A DNA stretch of 32,000 bases. Source: Wallemia ichthyophaga EXF-994. Lineage: Eukaryota > Fungi > Basidiomycota. Position 1 is the stretch's first letter. Each line of letters begins with the position of its first letter. Both the position numbers and the translations under genes were made by a program. The stretch covers positions 420,001 through 452,000 of the forward strand of contig NW_008806277.1 of the NCBI RefSeq assembly GCF_000400465.1. Reading direction: 5' to 3'. The notes below the pieces were generated by a model, which searched no databases, had not been told where the DNA came from, and was given only the letters and a program-made list of their open reading frames with translations. Shown piece after piece: positions 22,601 through 32,000 of this stretch.

Positions 22601-25600
22601 TCCAAGAGAGGCTTGCCAGTGTTCGTTCAGAGGCAACCTTTTCAACAGGTGTCACGATTAATCGTTCAACAGATCTCTCACTCCTCACGGCGCTGTATCA
22701 AGAACTGCATCACTTTGCTCAGCAAACTTATGCATCTGATAGGTTCACCACTTTGCTTAACAAGATAGAGACTTTACTAGATGACGAAGTACTATTCCAA
22801 GAACAGACAGTTCAAAGCAACATTGAAGGATTTTTAAGACGTCTCGATGGGGTTTATGCTTTCTACGAAGATCTTATTCATCCTATCAGACTCTTCTTAC
22901 ACATGTTGAGAGTTGGATTGCGTGCGTTTGCTCACACCTGCCGTGTTCAAGATAGAAGGCTTCTTGGTGATGCAGCTCCACTTAACAGCGTAGTTAAGAA
23001 TATCGGACGCTTCCCTCTTATTTCAGCATTCGAACACCTCCGCTCAATAGATCTTCCTGAAGAATCCACGCCAATTTCTGATAGCACGTCTCCACCAACT
23101 AAGCTTCTGTTGCTCGACTTATCAGCACTTGCTTTCGAGGACGGGTTGGGTCTCTCTGCGGATAAAGACGTAGAAAGATACGACCAGGCCTGTGCTGCGT
23201 TGTACGAGCGTTGGAAGGTAGATAAAACACGGGAGCAGATTGCAGCTGAAGAAGCAGCTTCACTTTACAAACCTCACAACCATGATGAAGATATACTCGA
23301 AGATGCCGAAGCTGAAGAAGCTGACTTCAAGGCCTTATTCCCAGAGTACGAAGATGTTTTGAATGTCGATACTGCAGCTGCCAAAGCCGCTGGTATCGCT
23401 ACATCTGATACTCAATCACTTGTTACGAAAGACGACACTTTAGCCGTTTATCAGCTTCATTTGGCTATATGCGGCTCAATCAGAGATCCATCATTCGCTA
23501 CTCGTCGTAATAATCTCGTTCAGGATGCCGCTTTGTCAACATTTGCCACCCTTTCAAGTGAACTTGACCAGCAAACTTACTCAATTCAGGTTGGTGTTCT
23601 TGCCGAGCAAATTAAGCAATTTGAAAGCGCTGGCGATATCTCTTCATTTGACTTCTATCATGATGCAGACATCTCTCAAAATAGACGCGCCAGAGACGTC
23701 GTTGACAGATTATCTATTCGTTTGCTGCAAATCTATGAGGAGTGGCCTGACCAGTTGATACTTCAACATCTCAATGAGCGCTGTCAGGCTATTTTGCGCA
23801 TGGACTATAGATGTCCTTTGGCTGCCACACTAAGTGCGCTCGAGACATTGCTGATGCAAACCGAAGATTGGGAAAGCAACGCTAGCAGAGATGTGAGTAA
23901 GCCTATAAATTTTAAAACTATTTACTGATTCGAATCAGGTGTCGCTTAGCCTAAATAGGGATGAGATCGTCGGCCTGATTGTGTACTGGCGGCGTATGGA
24001 GCTTGGTACATGGGCTACCTTACTGCAACGTCAAGAGTCTATGTTCAAAAATGACTTAAGTATATGGTGGTTTAGATTCTATGAAACTATCGTTCATGGT
24101 CTGGAAGCGGCATCGCATACCGAAGATCCTGAAGAACAAGTGACAAAGCATTTGAGCTCCGTTGTTGAACTGCTCGACAAGTTCCTTTACACCAGTTGGA
24201 CCGGACACTACTCTCCTAAGCTTGCTCTTATCAAGTCGTTTGCAGAATTGCTTGATAGGATTTCTACTCTACGTTCCCGTGAGACTCTCACTCGCGCATC
24301 CAAGCTGCTCAACGGTATATATTCATACTACCAACAGTTTGAGCATCGTATTAATGATAGTATGCAGCGCAAGCGTACCGATCTGGAGAGTAAGATACAA
24401 GATTGGATCAAAATGGCTAGCTGGAAGGATGTTAATGTCTTTGCGTTACGTTCCAGTGCTCAAAAGACTCATCGTCAACTTCACAAGAGTATCAGAAGTT
24501 TCAGAGACATTCTCAATCAGCCTGTAGAGTCTTTCCTGACTCGAGACTCTGATGTTGGTGCTCAGGCTACACTGTTATCAACGCAAAGCTCTGCACTTTC
24601 CTCTCAAGACGCTAGTGGCATGGACGATGGCTCAAGAAGACCAATCGCGCCTGCACAGTCCCATCTCCGTACCCTTCCATCTTTGTATGAAAAGCTTAAG
24701 CAAAAGCTGTCTACTGAAGTTGGTCAGGATGAATCGGAGGCACTTGATGACCTATCAACGACTATCATCACAAAGACGCAGGAATTCCGCAAAGCAACGC
24801 CTATGCATATTACTGAGGAGAACAAGGGTACAGTCAAGTCTCTCACTGCTCAGAAGCACAGAGCTTGGGGAGATTTATTGAAGGAGCTGAAGCGTTTGGG
24901 ACTCTCCCCTAATCTGAGAGCTGACATGGCTGGTTTACTTAGAGATTCTTCAAAATTATTCCAACTTCCAAATCTCATGATCTTAAACGGCGAAAAGGCT
25001 TCTCTAAGTAGCACTTTATGTGAAATGATCCCAAAGGCGGATTCGTATCACTATCGTGTACTCGCTTTACTTCCGCGTTTGAGAGTTTCACTTGCTATGC
25101 ACGCTGAGGATGTCTCTACGAAAGATTTAACCCGCGCTCTGAATTTTGTTGAGAGTGCTATGGCTGTTACCGTTAAGCAGAGAGAAATGTGAGTGATCGA
25201 TTGATTTGATTGATTTGACCCTCGCTAATCATCTATAGCTTCTCACGTACTTTGAAGTCACTTCAGGTCGTCACAGGCTTGACAGAAAGACTCATGGAAC
25301 TAGGTGCTTCGGAGGAACTCTCTGATTCAAGCTTCAGTTGTGATCAGTTAGCTGTATTGAAGAATTTCTTCTTATCAGCAGAGAATGTTTTCAAAGAGGG
25401 TTCAATGTGTATCGATGACTACTTGCACCTTACAAAGGCAGCTGGTCAAGCTTCTGATAGCTCGATCAATGATGCGCTTTCCGCCTTTGACAGCTTTGCG
25501 ATGTCAGCTAGTTCTTTATCCAACAAAGTGGGCGACCTGTATGAAAGTTCATCAGGTTATAGTCTATTTACTCAAGGTATTTTTACTTATCCAGCTTTCG

Positions 25601-28600
25601 GCTTTACTGACGCAATTTCAGATGATGTTAATTTGATTGAAAAGGCATCTGCTGAGGCTTCAAGCTATCTCACCACCATTCGCGAACTTACTATTAGAGT
25701 TCCATCCCTCTCACACATCCTCAAACCAATGTCAGAATGGCTTAGTAAAAAGGTCATTGATACAACCTCATTTGAAGCACCAAAGAAAGACGTTGATGTT
25801 AAAGATGTCTGGTTACAAAGTGACGCTCTCATTAACAGTGTTCTTGTGGTTGCTCAATCTGCTCAGAAGACCGAAGAATTAGCCAATGAGGACATGGATC
25901 TCGCTGACAACGCATTTGGAATGGCTGAAAATTCACTAAAGCGCTTCACCAGCAACGCTCGCGTTGACAGTGTCAGTGGCGAAGTTGCCAAATTCTTCGA
26001 ACTCCTCTCACATGCTTCTAATGAACACCGTGTCTCATCTGCCACAGCTCTCAAGCGTTCAGTACCATTCATTAGACATTACGTTCAATGGTCGTCAGGG
26101 GAGCTAGACAGGATGATAAGTTGGTATAAAGCCACACTCAAGTTTGCCCTTATACTTGCTTCGACATTTCTATCGGTAGCTGAAAAAGGCTTTTGTAAGC
26201 CAGATGAAATGGATGACGGCGAGGATGGTGAGCAAGGTGAAGGAAAACTTGAAGAGGGTACAGGTTTGGGTGAAGGAGAGGGCGCAGAGAACATTTCGAA
26301 TCAAATTCAAAACGAAGAGCAAGTTGAGGGTCTCAAAGATGAAGGTGGCGATGAAGGAGATGAAAAGAATGACGATGAGAAGCAAAAAACTGAAGCTGAA
26401 GATCAAGCTATTGAAATGAATGAGGACTTTGATGGTGATATGGATGATGCGTCTGATAGAGACGGCGAAGAGGGTGAAGAAAGAGATGAAGAAAACATGG
26501 ACGAACAGATGGGTGATGCAGATCCTCTTGATCCTGGTGCCGTAGATGAGAAGATGTGGAATGATGAAAATGACCAGGAGAGTGGTGAAAAAGATGACCA
26601 CGTCGACAACGATGCGAAAGGTCAAGGCGAGTCAGAGACCGTTGCCAACGAAGACACGAAGCAATCCAACAAAGAAGATAATCCAGAGCAAGGCGAAGAA
26701 GCTGGTGATGAGAAGGAGGAGGGAGGTGATGAGAAGGAAGAGATGGGCGATGAAAAGGAGGAAATGCCAGAAGCACAAAATGATGAGGAGGTTAGTATGA
26801 ATTGGGTGTTTTGCTGCCACGTTGCTGACATACTTTCAGGGACCTGGTGAAGAGGATGAAGGTGCCGGACAAGATAAAGGTGACCAACTTAATAACGAGT
26901 TACCGGAGCCGGAAATGCTTGATCTACCAGCAGGTATGGAATTAGACAACCAACAGAAAGAGAAAGAGGCTGGTGATGATGAAGATGAGGAAGGGTTCGA
27001 AAATGATGATATGGGCGGAGACGATATGGATGGAAATGAAGTTGAAGAGAAGGGTGAATCTGAAGAAGGAGGTGATGAGCCACGCCTAGACGAAGCTCAA
27101 AAGGAGGGAAGCGATGGCGAGGAGAATGAAGAAGATCCTACAGGAGAGAATGAAGACGCAGATAAACCAGACGTAGAGCGCAATGACGAGGAACAAGCTG
27201 CTGAGGGTGAAGAAGGCGAGGGCGAGCAGGAGCAAGAGAAAGACAAAGCTGGTGAGCAGCCTCAAGCTCAGCAACAAGAAACTCCAGCTGCTCCTCAGCA
27301 AGCTGACAATGGCGGGGGTATGGATGAAGGCAATCAGGATGACGGTGGTGCTGCTCAGGGCACCACAGGTCAGCAAGCGGATGCGAACAAAAATGACGCT
27401 TCAGTTCAAGAGACGCAAGACCAGGCATACGAGTCTCAACCAACGTAAGTCTACTGATGAGATGAAGAATTGTCTAACGCTACCTCAGTGAATTCGACCC
27501 AGCATCCCAAGCTCAAGGGCAAATGGCAACTAATGAAAATACTGAAGCCAGCAGAGATCAACCACAAGATCAACAGGTTGATCCAAACCCACTTCGCAGT
27601 TTAGGCGATGCGATGCAAGAGTTCAGGCGCAGATTTGATGAAATCGCCGAAGCACAGGAGCGTCCATCCGAGGGCGATGAGAAGGGTGCTGAAGAGCAGA
27701 TCAAAGATGATCAACCACTTGAGTATGTCAAAGAAGGCGACGAAGATGCCAACGATACACAAGCACTCGGTGCAGCACCCGATGAACACGTCGAGAAGCT
27801 GAATGATTTGCAAATCGCAGATGAAAACAAAGAAGCTGAGCAAGACGCGGAAATGGACTTTGACGATGACCACATGAATAACGAGGCAGGATCATCGAAC
27901 CAAATGAAGCAGATTGATACTGATGCCAATGCTCCTGAAACTGAAGAAGGTCAACCTGATGCTATGAATATCGATGAGGAGACTGAAGAGCGTGTCAAGC
28001 AAGAAGAGGAGGAAAAGATTTTGGAGAGTGACACTGAAGAAAAAGAACAGGAGATGGATCAGGCAGCAGAGCTGAAGGTAATGGAATGGACTACCGGCGG
28101 AGAGAAGCGTGATTCGAAGGATGTCTGGAAAATTTATGAATCCATGACAAGGGATCTTTCTTTCGGATTATGCGAACAGCTCCGTCTCATCCTTGAACCA
28201 ACTCTTGCCACTAGACTGAAGGGTGATTACAGGACTGGTAAAAGACTGAACATGAAAAAGATCATTCCTTACATTGCCTCCGAATTTACCAAAGACAAGA
28301 TTTGGTTGAGACGCACGAGACCTTCCAAGAGAGAGTATCAAGTTCTGCTCGCTCTCGATGACTCTAAATCCATGTCGGACGTACACACCATCCACTTAGC
28401 ATTCCAGTCTTTGGCACTTATTTCGAAGGCTCTGACAACACTTGAGGTTGGATCTATTGCCATTTCCAAGTTTGGTAAATCAATGGATGTCTTACACAGC
28501 TTTGAAGATGGCGTGTTTACAGATGATGAAGGAGCAAAGGTGCTTGACAGCTTTACGTTTGCTCAAACAGAGACGAACGGTGAGTGAAGGAGTTACTTAA

Positions 28601-29019
28601 TGACTATTGCTAATCTGCTCATAGTACACTCGCTGGTTGATACTTCACTCGACATGCTCGGAGATGCAAGGGAAGGACAGCGCGATGAAGAGTTGCACCA
28701 GCTGATGTTCGTCCTCTCTGACGGTATCTGCTCGAACCACGAAAAGATGGCTAGACTGCTCAGACGCGCTCAAGAAGACAAAGTTCTGATAGTTTTCGTG
28801 GTGCTCGACTCGCTCAAAGAGGATTCGAACTCTGTCCTGAGCATGACCCAAGCCAGCTACAAAATGTTAGAAGGTAGACCTCAGCTGAGTGTGGAGAGAT
28901 ATATGGACACGTTCCCATTCCCATACTACGTCGTAGTAAGAAACATAGACAATTTGCCTGACATTTTGTCATCTACCCTCCGCCAATGGGCTGAGGCATT
29001 GACGAACTCAAGCGCTTGA
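13648..29019 (+). CDS. MDN1: Midasin (Mdn1/Rea1), dynein-related AAA+ ATPase for pre-60S maturation; 12 predicted introns
   Basis: Six AAA modules (SPPSSGKS, GETGTGKT, GPTSAGKT, GDTGTGKT, GSPGVGKT, SHAASGKT) with hhhhDE-type Walker B and MNP/QNP sensor motifs, a long helical linker, a D/E-rich tract (about 26200-28060) and a C-terminal MIDAS/vWA domain (LALDDSKSM...LSDG). Introns begin at 13767, 16118, 18496, ~20867, 21895, 22156, 23894, 25189, 25577, 26793, ~27445 and ~28580 and join the ORF-track fragments in frame. Confidence 0.97.
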
Positions 29020-29306
29020 GTAAGCGCATAAAAAAAACTATAGACTTATTTATTATGATGCATTATTTTTGTTACTGTATGAAGATTTGTGTAAGGCGTA
29101 TGCGTAGGATTGGTGTAATGATATGCTATAGATGGTTCATAAATTATTGAAGAGTTAATGACAACCTAATAACGTGAGTAATAGCATTCAAAGAAGAATA
29201 AAATGGCGAAGTAGACAAATTTACCCTAGATGTCTACCTGAAGAAATATAAACTTGGAATTGACTTGCCAAATCATGTATTATATTTAATGCTGCAAGTA
29301 AAGAAA

Positions 29307-29333
29307 TTGTAAAAAAAATTGTAAAAAAAATTG
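29307..29333. repeat. Short tandem repeat (TTGTAAAAAAAA)x2+TTG
   Basis: Read directly at 29307-29333. It gives T8 tracts on the minus strand just downstream of the tRNA. Confidence 0.6.
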
Positions 29334-29368
29334 ATGTCAAACACGAAAGTCCTTTAAAAGGAGGACAT

Positions 29369-29373
29369 AAAAA
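29369..29373 (-). terminator. RNA polymerase III T5 terminator of tRNA-Gly
   Basis: TTTTT on the minus strand immediately follows the tRNA discriminator base. Confidence 0.7.
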
Positions 29374-29454
29374 TGCATTAACCCGGAATTGAACCGGGGG
29401 CCGATCGAATTCGTTTAGTGGCAACGATCGAGGTTACCACTACCCCATTAATGC
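29374..29454 (-). tRNA. tRNA-Gly(GCC) with 10-nt intron at canonical 37/38 position
   Basis: GCATTAA TG GGGT AGTGGTA ACCT C GATCG TT GCC A [CTAAACGAAT] T CGATC GGCC CCCGG TTCAATT CCGGG TTAATGC A. Acceptor, anticodon and T stems pair; the mature length is 71 nt; intron 29418-29409. Confidence 0.95.
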
Positions 29455-29549
29455 TTGATAATATCATCTATTTTTATATTGATATAGTGCTTTTGAAAAG
29501 TTTTAGACTTACTTTCAAGTTTTTATCTCAAGATGTTTTAGTGTAATTG

Positions 29550-30014
29550 AGAAAAACCAACAATTTACAAATTACGAGGCTAGTGAAGGAACGCTTCCAG
29601 TAAATTCAGCGCCACCTTTGACTCCTCATGCTTTGAGAAGTATTGATGGACGCAGTTTTCAACATGTAATGTATCAACAATACATTCAGATGCCATCATC
29701 AGGATTTTAAAATCTTCCAATCAAATTTAGCTTTGACTTTTCAATCTGAATGAAATTTAGCATATTATATAACAAAAATCCCTTGTCAACACTAGCTAAT
29801 TTGAAAACCATCAATTGATGTTGTTAGTACATTGATATTGAAAATTTAGTGCAGCTTTTCCGAATAAGCAAGATACTAGAATCTCTGCATTTATTGGTCA
29901 AGTAACTTGGATTGAGAAGCCCAATTATCTTCTATACATATATATATAAATACTTTATTTTGGGACAATGGCTTATATACTACTATCTCAACAGGCAAGC
30001 TTCAAAAAGCTAGA
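29550..30014 (-). pseudogene. Relic of an F-box-domain protein gene
   Basis: SSFL-(+1 frameshift)-SLPVEIV, a 49-nt intron (29980-29932, GTATAT..TAG), then KIIGLLNPSYLTN, an F-box-like LPxEI..KII..L pattern. A downstream protein-like stretch EDFKILMMASECIVDTLHVENCVHQYF...LLEAFLH* lies at 29717-29580. No intact ORF. Confidence 0.4.
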
Positions 30015-30816
30015 TGAAAATATTAAAATTTGTTGAAGTAATGCAGTTTCCAAGACATATCTTAACTTCTACTTCTTAAGTAAGAAATAACCACGTTTAC
30101 CGAGACGTAGATAATTTCTTCAATGTGAAAATAGGTGAGAAGATAGCCAAATCAGAGAAGAAAAAAGAAAGTGTGTGTGAACTGTTTTCAGGAGTATCCA
30201 GAATAATATAATGCTGCAATACTAAACGGAATACGTTTTAGGACAATCCACCACTGCGCGCTTATTATTTTTATACGGTGTTTCGTAGAAAAGCTGGGCA
30301 ACATTAATTAGCAGTGTATGGGTATTTATAGAACGAGAAGTTTCCCATTTTACATACACTTATGGAGCCGAGTCGATGTTACTGAGTTATTTAGAAAAAT
30401 CTGTGATTTTTTGCTTTTCCTAGAGCTTGAAAATCCGCAAACCTTCAAGTTAGCATAAGATAATTCTTGAATTCGTACTTTCGTTTAATTTAATCCCTAT
30501 TGGTATGATCAGAAATTTGTATGTCTCGCTTAAAATACTACTGAACGATATAATTAGCCTATATAAGCCATGAATCAGTTCACACTATTTCAATCTGAAC
30601 TAGTAATTCTTCCTAACTCTGTTTGTGCTCTTGCATACTCCTATGTTCTCTCGCTTTTATCGAATGAGCAATTTGAACTGTAAGTTTGTTGAGTGAAATC
30701 AGCATCTACTCATACTCAACTCTTGAAAAACAGCTTAAAACGTGCAGTATAAAACTCCGACTACACGCTAACGCATAACTTGCTGCGCCGTGTCATTGTT
30801 TTTTTCATCATAAACC

Positions 30817-31620
30817 ATGCCCACACTTTCTAGATTGGGAGCTTGCCATATGAAATTGCTCTGAAATAATTGGGTAATTGGAAATCAACGATCTGTGTGA
30901 GCTTTGCTTAGCAAAGAAAGTTTTCCAAGACTATCATAAGTTTTGATTATGTGATTCGTATGTTTAGACCCGAAACATTCACCGCAACTTGGATTCACTG
31001 ACCTGATACAATAGAAAGTATATGTCTCAGGAATATGATATTGATAAGTGAATCACATCTGATTACGTGTGTACACTACACATTTTGTTTGTAGCCAACT
31101 CATACAAGTCTGCTTTCGTCAATTTCAGTAGCTTTCTTTTGCGTCAGTGGATATAAGAGGAAATCCTTCACGTCCTCGAACAATTTTCTATACTACCAAA
31201 TTCGAAGATATTATTTCGAACTCTCTTAATAATGTGGGTGGGAAGCTTCTTAAGAATGCTAACTTCACAAGGCTCAAAGTAATAAGGGTCTCTACTGGAG
31301 ATTCAAATATTATGTCAATGATTGACAACATAAATTTCCATGATGGCGAAAAAAAAAGGCCAAGACAAATCTGACATCCACGTCTTCTTTCGAATATCAA
31401 GGTATTGGGAATGACGAAGAGGCAGACTTTTACGATAAGTTTCAAATTGTATCTCAAAGTAACATTCCCGCTGAACTCAATGGAGGATTCGAACGAGACA
31501 TGCTTACAACTGATCATGCCGCTTGCTATACGAGCAAAGTCACTAAACCTATTGCCTTCTGATGACGGACGCACAATTCATGTCATTACGCATAACATGA
31601 ATTTTGAAGTATATCGTTAG
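30817..31620 (+). pseudogene. Relic of an F-box-domain protein gene
   Basis: ATG 30817, then SLPYEIALK*..EINDLCELCLAKKVF (F-box-like, with frameshifts and a stop). Intron-like elements GTATGT..CTGAC..TAG (from ~30958) and GTGGGT..GCTAAC..AAG (31234-31271). After the latter, the frame reads AQSNKGLYWRFKYYVND*QHKFP*WRKKKAKTNLTSTSSFEYQGIGNDEEADFYDKFQIV. Confidence 0.5.
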
Positions 31621-31651
31621 TCATAAATACATGATCTTGAAGCATACAAGA

Positions 31652-32000
31652 TTAGCTAGTAGTGAAACCACCGCCGTTCACGTGAATAGTTTGACCTGAA
31701 GAGGTGAGTTAGTAGAAAAAAGGATTTAGAGTCAACACTCACCAGTGATGAAGCTAGAATCGCTTGAACCGAGGAAGACGGCAGCGCAAGCGATCTCTAC
31801 ACTCTCACCGGGGCGACCGAGAGGAGTAGTGAAGCTTTCCTGGGCAGGTTCGAGCATGGTAGACTCTCTCAACGGAGCCTGTATAGGGCCTGGAGCAATA
31901 GCGTTGACTCTTATGCCCCTGTTGGTGTATTGATTCGCGAGACCTCTAGTGAAACTGACTACAGCCCCTTTAGTGGAGGTGTAATCGAGCAGATCTGGTC
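31652..32000 (-). CDS. 3' end of classical short-chain dehydrogenase/reductase (glucose-1-dehydrogenase/YhxC-like); 5' part outside window
   Basis: PDLLDYTSTKGAVVSFTRGLANQYTNRGIRVNAIAPGPI (YxxxK catalytic motif), TPLGRPG..EIA..AVFL.SSDSSFITG, intron 31742-31696, then QTIHVNGGGFTTS*. Confidence 0.9.

Noticed and set aside
26085-27929. Many overlapping antisense and alternate-frame ORFs (Ser/Phe/Leu-rich)
   Set aside because: Artefacts of the purine-rich D/E-coding tract of midasin, which suppresses stops on the opposite strand.
29221-29424. ORF 29221..29424 (-)
   Set aside because: It overlaps the tRNA-Gly gene and poly-T tracts; no coding features.
29455-31650. Transposon, LTR or CRISPR-like element in the AT-rich block
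   Set aside because: I found no terminal repeats, target-site duplications, transposase/RT motifs or spaced repeat arrays by eye.

Overview
Eukaryotic (fungal) genomic DNA. The genes are tightly packed, with canonical GT-AG introns of about 43-51 nt, which suggests a very compact basidiomycete genome such as Wallemia (an inference, not verified). The ORF track is therefore fragmented by introns. Gene order: 3' end of a Ser-rich protein (+); Gfd2/QIP-like DEDDh exonuclease (-); a decayed SUMO-motif-rich gene (+); ExoIII/APE1-type AP endonuclease (-); GID4/VID24 (+); VNX1-like cation/H+ exchanger (-); ING-family PHD protein (-); small ABM-domain protein (+); uncharacterised Ser/Arg-rich protein (-); a 15.4-kb midasin MDN1/REA1 gene (+, 12 predicted introns); intron-containing tRNA-Gly(GCC) (-); an AT-rich block with two divergent F-box gene relics; and the 3' end of a short-chain dehydrogenase (-). 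Most of the window is conserved housekeeping genes, and I see no convincing new multi-gene system. The best lead is a 100-nt intron in the AP-endonuclease gene built from two abutting, apparently complete introns (a candidate zero-length exon / recursive splice site). The other leads are several stop-riddled but still protein-like gene relics.
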